From an uncultured Candidatus Saccharimonas sp. (GTDB lineage: Bacteria; Patescibacteriota; Saccharimonadia; Saccharimonadales; AQU-01), in contig CALRGT010000001.1 in the NCBI GenBank assembly GCA_943358095.1, positions 82,842 to 146,841 on the forward strand: 64,000 nucleotides of DNA, in the 5' to 3' direction. Under the pieces are notes generated by a model, which searched no databases, was not told where the DNA came from, and saw only the letters and a program-made list of their open reading frames with translations. Below, one piece after another: positions 56,176-64,000 of this stretch. The translations under genes were made by a program, and so were the position numbers. Position 1 is the first letter of the stretch. Every line of letters starts with the position of its first letter.

Positions 56176-56335
56176 ATTTTTGTTTTTGTTTCTTTTTATT
56201 TTTGATGACTAAGACCTAGTGCTAGCTATTTTTGCAAGCACTAGGTCGTTATCTGTGAACTAAAGTACTCTTACGTGTACTTTAAAGGCACGGGAAGCAT
56301 TTTTAACCTGGATTGGCATAATACTCTTCCTTTCT

Positions 56336-57265
56336 TTATTTTGTTTTTATTTTAAATACGGCTCGAAGTTTTGCACTTCTTGCTCGTGGATTGGAAACTA
56401 TTTCATCTGGATCACCCACAACAGGTTTTTTGGTAAGTATTTTGATGATCGCATCGTATGTGTCGCTGCCGTATTCGGCAAACGCATTTTTGACTAGCCT
56501 GTCTTCTAAGCTATGGAAGCTTATTATTGCAAGCCGTCCACCGGGTTTAAGCAATTGTATCCATAATGGTATCGCCTGCTCAATTTGTCTAAGCTCATCG
56601 TTAACTTCAATACGTAACGCCTGAAAGACTCTTGTTGCTGGATGTACTTTGCTCTTACTGGGACCTGCGCTTGCGATTACAGCGGCTAAATCTTTTGTTG
56701 TATGCAGAGGTCTATTTTGAACTATATGACGTGCAATTTTGAAAGCTTTTGGTTCTTCACCGTATTGCAATATAACCTTTGCTAAATCTGACTGACTATA
56801 GCTATTAACTATCATGTCTGCTGTCAGCTTTTGACTCTGATTCATTCGCATATCCAGTGGACCATTATTATTAATGGAAAAACCTCGGCTAGCAATGTTA
56901 AGGTGCGGTGACGATACCCCTAAGTCTGCAAGTATTAAGTCAAAACTTTGATTTTGATCTATTAATTCTTTTGTAGAACCTAGAAAGTCGCCGTGACTTA
57001 ATGTCACATTATCGCTCTTAAATTTGTCCTGCAGATAATTTATCGCATTGATGTCGCGATCTACTAATACTGCCGGTCCATTTAATGTGCGTCCAAGTAT
57101 TTGCTCGGCATGTCCGCCGTATCCTGCCGTTAAGTCCAGATAATTATCTCCTGGCTTTGGGTCTAGATACTGAAGAACTTGCTCCATCAATACTGGAATG
57201 TGTTCGCCTGACTCCCCTAAAGGTTCGTCAGTGGTGTTTTGTTTTTTTGGTGTACTTTTTTGCAT
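56336..57265 (-). CDS. rsmH: 16S rRNA (cytosine1402-N4)-methyltransferase
   Basis: HIPVLMEQVLQYL, DLTAGYGGHA, DLGVSSPHL and ISFHSLEDRLVK motifs. Confidence 0.9.
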   Translation of the reverse strand: MQKSTPKKQNTTDEPLGESGEHIPVLMEQVLQYLDPKPGDNYLDLTAGYGGHAEQILGRTLNGPAVLVDRDINAINYLQDKFKSDNVTLSHGDFLGSTKELIDQNQSFDLILADLGVSSPHLNIASRGFSINNNGPLDMRMNQSQKLTADMIVNSYSQSDLAKVILQYGEEPKAFKIARHIVQNRPLHTTKDLAAVIASAGPSKSKVHPATRVFQALRIEVNDELRQIEQAIPLWIQLLKPGGRLAIISFHSLEDRLVKNAFAEYGSDTYDAIIKILTKKPVVGDPDEIVSNPRARSAKLRAVFKIKTK

Positions 57266-57615
57266 ATATTTATTTTAGTTTTTATTTTAGCAAGGTCACC
57301 TAATCAGCAGCCAACTTTTTTGTTTTTTTGTAGTTTTTGTTTTTGTTGTTATGATCTTTGCCTTGTATGTAAGAGACGTCTTGCGGGTATTACCCCTTAA
57401 GATTTCCTTTACTGGTAAAGATCAAAAGTTTGAGAGACTTGTGTGAGGTGGAGTTTTGGGAGGTGTTTTTTTGAGTAAGGTGCGAAGGTTTTTATAGTGG
57501 TTCCTTTTTATTCCCACTTGTTGACTGCCAAATAGCTAACCTTGGAGGTAGATATTTAATGATTGATCTTGTAACTTTTTAATAAATTGTTAAGGAACTG
57601 GCCTGGACCGATTAT

Positions 57616-57981
57616 TTATTTTTCGGATGCCATTATTCGCCAATACTTACCAACACCAACTGCTACGACATCTCGGTCGATGCCTGCGTAATCCAAAAGA
57701 TGTTGTTCGATTGTGATGCGACCCTGCTTGCCGTCTAGAACTGTTTCTACTTTACCCATTCGGAATTGAACATTTAAGTCGGCGATTCTCTCGTCAAGGA
57801 TGTCTCCTTCGAGCTTCGGCTCAACTTGTGCATTCCATACCAATTTTGGATAAAGGTGCAGGTATTTTCCGAAACCTCTGGTCATTACCGCTCCGTCCGC
57901 AAATACAGCTCTTAATTCTGCTGGAATCGTTAAACGCCTTTTGTCGTCTAACTTGCGTTCAAAGTAATCGGTGATTGCCAT
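57616..57981 (-). CDS. mraZ: MraZ-like transcriptional regulator (short, 121 aa)
   Basis: Two SpoVT/AbrB-like repeats with DxxxR motifs (KLDDKRRLTIP; LDGKQGRITI); first gene of the dcw cluster. Confidence 0.75.
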   Translation of the reverse strand: MAITDYFERKLDDKRRLTIPAELRAVFADGAVMTRGFGKYLHLYPKLVWNAQVEPKLEGDILDERIADLNVQFRMGKVETVLDGKQGRITIEQHLLDYAGIDRDVVAVGVGKYWRIMASEK

Positions 57982-58055
57982 TGGTCCCTTTTCTCCGCGA
58001 ACTAGTGGTTTTTATATTTTTGTTTTAGGTAGCTTGTTTTTGTCTACCTACGATT

Positions 58056-58123
58056 ACCCACTGACATGAATATACTACCCACGCTCACCCACTACAAGTA
58101 CTTTATTCACTATTTCTACCCAT
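58056..58123 (-). promoter_or_regulatory. Helically phased GTGGGT direct repeats upstream of mraZ (candidate MraZ boxes)
   Basis: ACCCAC on the + strand at 58056, 58077 and 58087, and ACCCAT at 58118; the spacings are 21, 10 and 31 bp. Confidence 0.55.
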
Positions 58124-58134
58124 TATTCATAAAG

Positions 58135-58160
58135 TTATCCACAGAAGCTGTTTATCCACA
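58135..58160 (+). promoter_or_regulatory. Two perfect DnaA-box consensus 9-mers TTATCCACA
   Basis: 58135-58143 and 58152-58160, same orientation, 17 bp apart. Confidence 0.5.
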
Positions 58161-58288
58161 GAAAAACACTACATATGGTGTACACTACTCATCCCTATTA
58201 CGCTAACGCTAAATTCATTTTAAAAGAATATTTAATGAAAATATTCTTGGTAATACTGCGAATTATAAAAAGAAATAACAGACGAAAA

Positions 58289-59290
58289 CTATAGCTGGCA
58301 AATACGAACTAATTCACGAGCCAAAATGTCATTATTGTGACGAATTAGACTGCGGCTATGTCCAATTGGATCTGCATTTTTAATTTCCTCAGATATTAAG
58401 GTGGTAGCAATCAATGGCAGCCCTATTGCCTTGTATTTTTGATGTGATAATTTTTCAAGATCGAATTCCACCATGAACTCGCCTTCGTTAGAGTATTTTC
58501 TGAGCATTGCCGGCGTAGGTTCGTCTGTATTATAGATAACATAATCAACTACTTGCGCTCCGATGAATCTTTCAATCTCTGATACGTAATCGTGTACAAA
58601 AAAATCATCTGTTTGTAGTGGCTTAGTTACTAAGTTACAGACGTAAATAATAGTAGCTTTTGTATCTGTTAAAGCTTTGCTGACCCCGTCTACTATAAGT
58701 GCTGGAGCAAGACTTCCATATAAGTTTCCTGGAGCAATTACCACCACATCGGCTTCAAGAATAGTCTGCTCTGCAGCAAGAGTAATTTTTGCCTTGGGTT
58801 CAAGCACAATTTTAGGGCGTCTAATTTTGCCAAAATCCATCTGCCCAATCTTAAACTCTCCTTTAGTCTTGGTGCCGTTTTCGTCGTAAATAACTAGATG
58901 GCTCTTGTCTGTAGTTATCGGCAATACCGTACCTTGAATACGTAAAACTTTGCTAGCTAAGTCGATAGAATCTTGGAAATTATTTGTCATTTTTTCTACG
59001 GCACTTAAAAATAGATTTCCAAAACTATGACCTTTAAGTGTCCCCTCGTCGAATCTGTAATTGAACAACTCTCTAAGTTGGGATGCGTCACTTAAAGCGA
59101 CTAAACATTGTCTTATGTCTCCTGGTGGCAATACACCAAGTTCGTCTCTTAGCAAACCACTAGACCCGCCATCGTCCGCCATATTTACTAAGGCGGTAAT
59201 ATTATTGGCATACTGCTTCAAACCACTTAGCAGCGTAAAGCTGCCAGTTCCGCCGCCAATTACTACAATTTTCTGATCAATCTTGTTCAT
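58289..59290 (-). CDS. YvcK/CofD-family (gluconeogenesis factor-like) protein
   Basis: VVIGGGTGSFTLLSGLK, NMADDGGSSGLLRDELGVLPPGDIRQCL. Confidence 0.85.
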   Translation of the reverse strand: MNKIDQKIVVIGGGTGSFTLLSGLKQYANNITALVNMADDGGSSGLLRDELGVLPPGDIRQCLVALSDASQLRELFNYRFDEGTLKGHSFGNLFLSAVEKMTNNFQDSIDLASKVLRIQGTVLPITTDKSHLVIYDENGTKTKGEFKIGQMDFGKIRRPKIVLEPKAKITLAAEQTILEADVVVIAPGNLYGSLAPALIVDGVSKALTDTKATIIYVCNLVTKPLQTDDFFVHDYVSEIERFIGAQVVDYVIYNTDEPTPAMLRKYSNEGEFMVEFDLEKLSHQKYKAIGLPLIATTLISEEIKNADPIGHSRSLIRHNNDILARELVRICQL

Positions 59291-59345
59291 ATCAAACTTA
59301 ATATTAACCGAGGTTCAATCTAATATCAAAGAGTTATTGACTTGT

Positions 59346-60626
59346 TTAGCTTTTCTTTATTATCAAACCGGCATACCATAAGGCGCTACTTCGCAAAGTT
59401 CGCTTCATAGAATTATGCCTATCAACTGAGATTAGACCAAATTTTGGCCACCAACCGTATGCCCATTCAAAGTTATCTAACAGGCTCCAGTGGAAATAAC
59501 CATGTATCTCTACTCCTTCGCTTATTGCTCGCTCCATAGCCATAATAGTTTCTGAGATCCACCACTGTCGGTATATATCGTTCTGATCAGCAGTACCGTT
59601 TTCGGTTATGATAATCGGCGTTTTATACCTAGCCCACACTCTTAATAGTAGCGGATATATTCCTTCAGGCTCCATATACCAACCCATGTCGTTTTTTGGC
59701 GTTTTTGGATTAACGCGGCTAAAACCCTTGTAGTAATCCGTGAAATAATAATTAAAACCTATGAAATCTTGGTACCCATTAATACGATGCAAGAACCACC
59801 AATTCCAGACGTATCTCATAATTTTCGTAACCATTGAATCCAAAATGTTATGCGGGCGCTTGGCTTGAATGTTGGCTAGCTGGGCAGCGATACCAATTTG
59901 TAATTTAGGTTTTTTAGCTTTAAGTATTCTGTATGCTTGTTTGTGAGCTGAGGCAAGATTCCAATATACTCTAGCCATTGCAATAAAGTTCTTTTCTTGC
60001 GGTGGAAATTCTGCGTTTAGATAACTAAAGCTGGCATAAACATTCGGCTCATTTAAAGTAATCACGTATTCTACGCCATCGAGTAATTCGTCGGCCACCT
60101 TCTGAACAAAATTGCGCCAATGTGATAAATTATTTCTGTTTTTGAACCCGCCTTTTTCGCAAAACCAAACTGGAAGCGTCCAATGCCAAATATTCAACAT
60201 TGGCTTAAGTCCTCGCTTCTTCATTTCTAATATATATTGCTTATAATGATTTATCTCTGTCTGATTCCACTCACCCTCATTTGGTTCAATTCTTGACCAC
60301 TCTATTCCGAATCTAAGCGAATTAAGATTGATACTCTTAGCAATATCAAAATCTTCTTGGTATCTACTATAGTGCTCCACTCCCCTTCCCGACACATAGT
60401 TACTGGGTTCGGTGGCTTTGGTTTTTATTGTTTCCCACTCCGGTAACCAACCAAGTCTTCTGTGAGCGGTGCTAGCTAAATGCTTTGCGTTTTCTAATTC
60501 CCAGACCGTCCATTGATTATAATTATTACCCTCAACTTGATGACTAGCAGTGCTAGCGCCCCACATAAAGTCTTTCGGAAAATAACTCGGTTTTTTAGAA
60601 TCCATTAGCATTATTGTATATGACAT
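59346..60626 (-). CDS. Glycoside hydrolase family 1 (beta-glucosidase-like)
   Basis: FPKDFMWGASTASHQVEG, TLNEPN (acid/base Glu), ITENG (nucleophile Glu), WSLLDNFEW. Confidence 0.88.
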   Translation of the reverse strand: MSYTIMLMDSKKPSYFPKDFMWGASTASHQVEGNNYNQWTVWELENAKHLASTAHRRLGWLPEWETIKTKATEPSNYVSGRGVEHYSRYQEDFDIAKSINLNSLRFGIEWSRIEPNEGEWNQTEINHYKQYILEMKKRGLKPMLNIWHWTLPVWFCEKGGFKNRNNLSHWRNFVQKVADELLDGVEYVITLNEPNVYASFSYLNAEFPPQEKNFIAMARVYWNLASAHKQAYRILKAKKPKLQIGIAAQLANIQAKRPHNILDSMVTKIMRYVWNWWFLHRINGYQDFIGFNYYFTDYYKGFSRVNPKTPKNDMGWYMEPEGIYPLLLRVWARYKTPIIITENGTADQNDIYRQWWISETIMAMERAISEGVEIHGYFHWSLLDNFEWAYGWWPKFGLISVDRHNSMKRTLRSSALWYAGLIIKKS

Positions 60627-60682
60627 CTACGGCGAGCGATACCCTAGCCGCAAAATAATGTCGCGCAACATCTACGCCGCAG

Positions 60683-62227
60683 CTATTTTTTGAAGCTAAA
60701 ATCTTCACCGTAATGCTTTTTGAGCCGTGAACGAATTGAACCAGGATGTCGTCCGAAAGTTTCCGTCAATATTTTGAGCTTAGCCCCAGAATCAAATAAA
60801 GTTTGTAATTTCTGATCTTCATCTTCCGACCAGGGCCTATAGGCATTTGGGTAGATTGCGCGCATTTTTTCTAACTTTTCAGACCATGTGCCGGCTACTG
60901 TCTTTTCTTTGGTTTTTTTGATTATTTTCGGCCTAGATTTTTCGGCCTCTTTCCAGTTTGATATCGCTATAGCATTTAGCTGCAAAGCCTGTTCGCTTCT
61001 TTCTCGCAAGTCTATATCAATCTGACGAGCTAAGGAGCTGACTCGTAGAGCCATGCCATTTATACCGTCCAACACTAAATTATCTAATCCTCGAACTCTA
61101 GACAACGCCACGTATCCCATTCCTTCAACAAAGGCTTTACTAAGATCAATTCTGGCAGAGTCCAATGTCATACCTTGACTCTTATGTACTGTAATAGCCC
61201 ACGCTAATCTTAGAGGCAATTGAGTTAATTGCGCTCGACGTTTGTCGCCATCTACCAACTCCCAAGTATCGGGCTTGATAGTTAGTGTTTTACCATTAAT
61301 TAATTTAACAATTGGAAATCCACTGTCGTCGTCAAAATCATGTACAACTCCAAGGCTACCATTAACAAATTTCTTATCCTGGCTATTTTTGATACACATT
61401 ATGACCGCACCAATCTTTAACTCTAGTACCTCAGGGGCAAGACATGATCTTTTTAATTGTTCTACAAATTTTTTTGATCCTGTAGTCGTCATCTCAAATA
61501 TTTTTGAATCCGTATAGAGCTCATTCAAATGCTCAAAATTAATTCCATCCACGTCAGCATTTGTGGTAAGTAGCCGCGTAGTCGAAACCCATGGATCGGC
61601 GACAGCATCGGCTCGCGATTTTAGTACATCAATTTGGCTTTGGCGCAAAACTCCGGCACGAATTCCATTTAGTATGTCCGTGTATTCTTGGTCTGCTTTT
61701 TGTCTATGCTGCTCCATTAAGTAGCACACTGCAAAAGTTTCACCCCTCCATGAATTAGACATAGTCACAAAACTACCTTGGCGAGAATCATAACGATTAA
61801 TTGGCGGTAGCTGGAAGAAATCTCCACTCATAACAACTTGCAAACCACCAAAGGCTCTGTCGTTTTCTCTTATTTTGCGTGTAACCTCTTCTACTAGGTC
61901 TAGACGGAAATCATGCAACATACTAATCTCATCAATAACCAATATGTCAGCTTTGATTATTAAATCTTTTCGTTGTTTGCTCATTCGTTGAAAGAATTGA
62001 TCGGGTAATTCGTCATGCACCCCAATACCTGACCAAGCATGAAGCGTAGTGCCATTTAAGTGCGTGGCGGCAAGTCCTGTCGTAGCCGTCACCGCCACGT
62101 TCTTCCCTCTTTGTCTGGCCCTATGAATAAACTTGTTCAGGGTATGAGTCTTGCCTGACCCTGCCGCACCGGTTAGCAACACAGAATTTCCTGCCTCTAG
62201 TATCGCTAATGCTTCGTCTTGCGTCAT
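60683..62227 (-). CDS. PIF1/RecD-like SF1 DNA helicase with a C-terminal Myb/SANT-like HTH
   Basis: Walker A TGAAGSGKTH, VIDEISML, GDFFQLPPI, TVHKSQG; C-terminal WSEDEDQKLQTLF..GRHPGSIRSRL. Confidence 0.8.
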   Translation of the reverse strand: MTQDEALAILEAGNSVLLTGAAGSGKTHTLNKFIHRARQRGKNVAVTATTGLAATHLNGTTLHAWSGIGVHDELPDQFFQRMSKQRKDLIIKADILVIDEISMLHDFRLDLVEEVTRKIRENDRAFGGLQVVMSGDFFQLPPINRYDSRQGSFVTMSNSWRGETFAVCYLMEQHRQKADQEYTDILNGIRAGVLRQSQIDVLKSRADAVADPWVSTTRLLTTNADVDGINFEHLNELYTDSKIFEMTTTGSKKFVEQLKRSCLAPEVLELKIGAVIMCIKNSQDKKFVNGSLGVVHDFDDDSGFPIVKLINGKTLTIKPDTWELVDGDKRRAQLTQLPLRLAWAITVHKSQGMTLDSARIDLSKAFVEGMGYVALSRVRGLDNLVLDGINGMALRVSSLARQIDIDLRERSEQALQLNAIAISNWKEAEKSRPKIIKKTKEKTVAGTWSEKLEKMRAIYPNAYRPWSEDEDQKLQTLFDSGAKLKILTETFGRHPGSIRSRLKKHYGEDFSFKK

Positions 62228-62349
62228 TTGTTTAGTATTCTTCCCTGTTAAGTACCGATTAGGACATTTATCAACTCCACCACTAGCTGGTACAATATTT
62301 TACCATGGCTGGATAATAATATGACGAACTTTTGCTAAAAATATATATT

Positions 62350-62910
62350 TTAGGGCTTGTTCTTCTGAACCTTTTTCTTGTGCGAGAAATAAGCAAGTTC
62401 ACGCCTCATCTGATCGATGCGTACGATATAATTCTCAAAGGCTTTGAGCAAATTAGAGTATTGCCAGTTTGGAGTCATGATATGTAGTAGCTTATTTTGC
62501 TCTATGAGATATTCTATCAAGCCATAAAAATCACCGTCACCAGAAACGATTATTGCTTTGTCATAATTTGCTATCTCGCGCATCGTCCACAATACTAAGT
62601 CGGCGTCAATATTGCCCTTTATAGGCTTCTTCTCTTCTGGCTCCGCGCCTACATCTGCAGGCTTGTCGGTATTAACTTTATTTAAATTCTGTGTCGGTTT
62701 TAAAACTACTAAAAATCCTAAGTCGTGCATTTGCATATACATGTCTTCAAATTCGGGCATATGTCCGATGAACATATAGGCTTTAGTAACGCCATATTTA
62801 TCCTGAAGCAGCTTGCGAAATTTACGCCAGTCCATCTTCCAGCCCATTTTCTGTGTGCCTAGATTAAGATTCTGACTGTCAATAAATGCGTAATTACCTT
62901 TAGGTTTCAT
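62350..62910 (-). CDS. NYN/LabA-like (PIN-fold) domain protein
   Basis: YAFIDSQNL, GNIDADLVLW and IIVSGDGDFYGLIEYL motifs. Confidence 0.8.
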   Translation of the reverse strand: MKPKGNYAFIDSQNLNLGTQKMGWKMDWRKFRKLLQDKYGVTKAYMFIGHMPEFEDMYMQMHDLGFLVVLKPTQNLNKVNTDKPADVGAEPEEKKPIKGNIDADLVLWTMREIANYDKAIIVSGDGDFYGLIEYLIEQNKLLHIMTPNWQYSNLLKAFENYIVRIDQMRRELAYFSHKKKVQKNKP

Positions 62911-62972
62911 GACTAAATAATACCACGCCGGGACTCAGACATCATCAAGCATAAACAAAATTAATGCCAATC

Positions 62973-63515
62973 TTAACCATACATTATATTATTTCTGGAC
63001 GATGATATTGTGTAATTATGTCGCCTATGCAAACTTCTTATCAGTATTTTGGTTTCAGATATTATCATCAAGATGCCAGGTATGTAGACTCCCACAATTA
63101 GCCCAACTGGGTTGCGTAGCAACTTTACAATTCTTCCAGCTATTGTGGACCTAAGGCGCATAATTCCAGTTATTTGATGCAACCTCAGCGGCGGATCAGT
63201 AGACTGCAGATTATCCCCTTTTGTTACCAAATACCCTTCTGTAATGTTTACAGAATATACGCGGTGAGTAATTGTCTCCTGTTGATTTATCCTACTTTGA
63301 AAGCTAATGACGTCCCCCACCCTCGGCCAATTTGCCAAGGGTGAGACTACAACTAGGTCGCCAACTCTTATTTTAGGTTCCATGCTTCCAGATTCTACTG
63401 TAACCAGTTTAAAGCCCTTCAGCTCTACGACAGCCAGAAATACGCTAACTGTAACTATGCCCATAATCATTACGAGCTTAGAGAACTTAGCAACCCAGTA
63501 GAGTATGTTCTTCAT
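62973..63515 (-). CDS. Signal peptidase I, SipW/archaeal-type (S26B)
   Basis: VESGSMEPKIRVGDLVVV (catalytic Ser) and ITHRV (His); N- and C-terminal TM segments. Confidence 0.8.
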   Translation of the reverse strand: MKNILYWVAKFSKLVMIMGIVTVSVFLAVVELKGFKLVTVESGSMEPKIRVGDLVVVSPLANWPRVGDVISFQSRINQQETITHRVYSVNITEGYLVTKGDNLQSTDPPLRLHQITGIMRLRSTIAGRIVKLLRNPVGLIVGVYIPGILMIISETKILIRSLHRRHNYTISSSRNNIMYG

Positions 63516-63521
63516 ATATGC

Positions 63522-64000
63522 CTAATTTGTTCCAGTGCCAGTAAATACAAGATCCAGGTCGCTGATCTGTGCAGTTTGCCCTATAAAGGCGTCTGCCGAC
63601 ATTATTGCCTGTAGCTTATATTCGGCAACCGCACTACCACTCAATGAATCCGTAAGACTAAGCCCACCATTAATATAACTATCGACTAACGCTTTGACCG
63701 TGAAGGTCTGAACGGTGCTTGTGTCCTGCCTAGTCATAACAAACGAAACTTTAGTTAGATCAACATTGCTAAGATTTACTGGGATGCTACCAATAGAAAT
63801 GTGCAGTCCAAGATTAGCGTTTCCGTAATTCTTCAAATAGAATATGTTACCGTCAACTGGCGCAGCAATACCTCCAGGAATTAAATCTACAAAATTAAAC
63901 CCAATGCGAGTAGATGAAAAACTTGTAGCAGAAGTTCCGATTCTTAAATCGGCGGTGGCACTAGAAATAGTGCTGTTGGTTAGTGTAGCTTGTGGACTTT
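63522..64000 (-). CDS. Secreted beta-rich protein next to the SipW-type peptidase (possibly TasA/camelysin-like); 5' end lies beyond the window
   Basis: The reading frame stays open from 63522 to the window edge by my own translation. The ORF-track TTG start at 63836 is probably internal. Confidence 0.45.
   Translation of the reverse strand, partial: SPQATLTNSTISSATADLRIGTSATSFSSTRIGFNFVDLIPGGIAAPVDGNIFYLKNYGNANLGLHISIGSIPVNLSNVDLTKVSFVMTRQDTSTVQTFTVKALVDSYINGGLSLTDSLSGSAVAEYKLQAIMSADAFIGQTAQISDLDLVFTGTGTN

Overview
This 64-kb window is low-GC and gene-dense. I identified genes by reading motifs in the ORF track, with no database searches. The gene content includes a type IV pilin, three sortases, a compact mraZ-rsmH-ftsL-ftsI-mraY-ftsW-murG-ftsQ cluster, a heliorhodopsin and a sigma-region-4/HARE-HTH protein. 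There are also DUF3048/PEGA surface proteins and many orphan small genes. This mix fits a Candidatus Saccharibacteria/CPR-like bacterium, which is an inference only. Recognisable housekeeping genes are gltX, pyrH, xth, der, pth, dprA, topA and a pseudouridine synthase. Two histidine kinase/response regulator pairs, a MacB-type ABC exporter, an Nramp transporter and a TerC protein are also present. I found three tRNAs: Ser-GGA, Leu-CAA and Glu-CTC. I saw no rRNA, CRISPR array, transposase or integrase. Five things stand out. (1) About 0.7 kb between pth and dprA has no ORF and is packed with long-range perfect helices, so it is a candidate large structured RNA of unknown class. (2) A rod-like hairpin of about 150 nt sits between two terminators, just upstream of a Y-family polymerase cassette. 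(3) That cassette (promoter/leader, small overlapping ORF, Y-family polymerase) has a decayed second copy next to the heliorhodopsin gene, which gives three paralogs of an unrecognised small protein. (4) The first 0.5 kb is an ORF-free set of related nested stem-loops. A 75-bp direct repeat also flanks the DHH/DHHA2 gene. (5) Repeat- or box-rich spacers occur between der and pth, upstream of mraZ, and in a 720-bp gap between convergent genes. All RNA and regulatory calls are structural inferences and need covariation or expression data.
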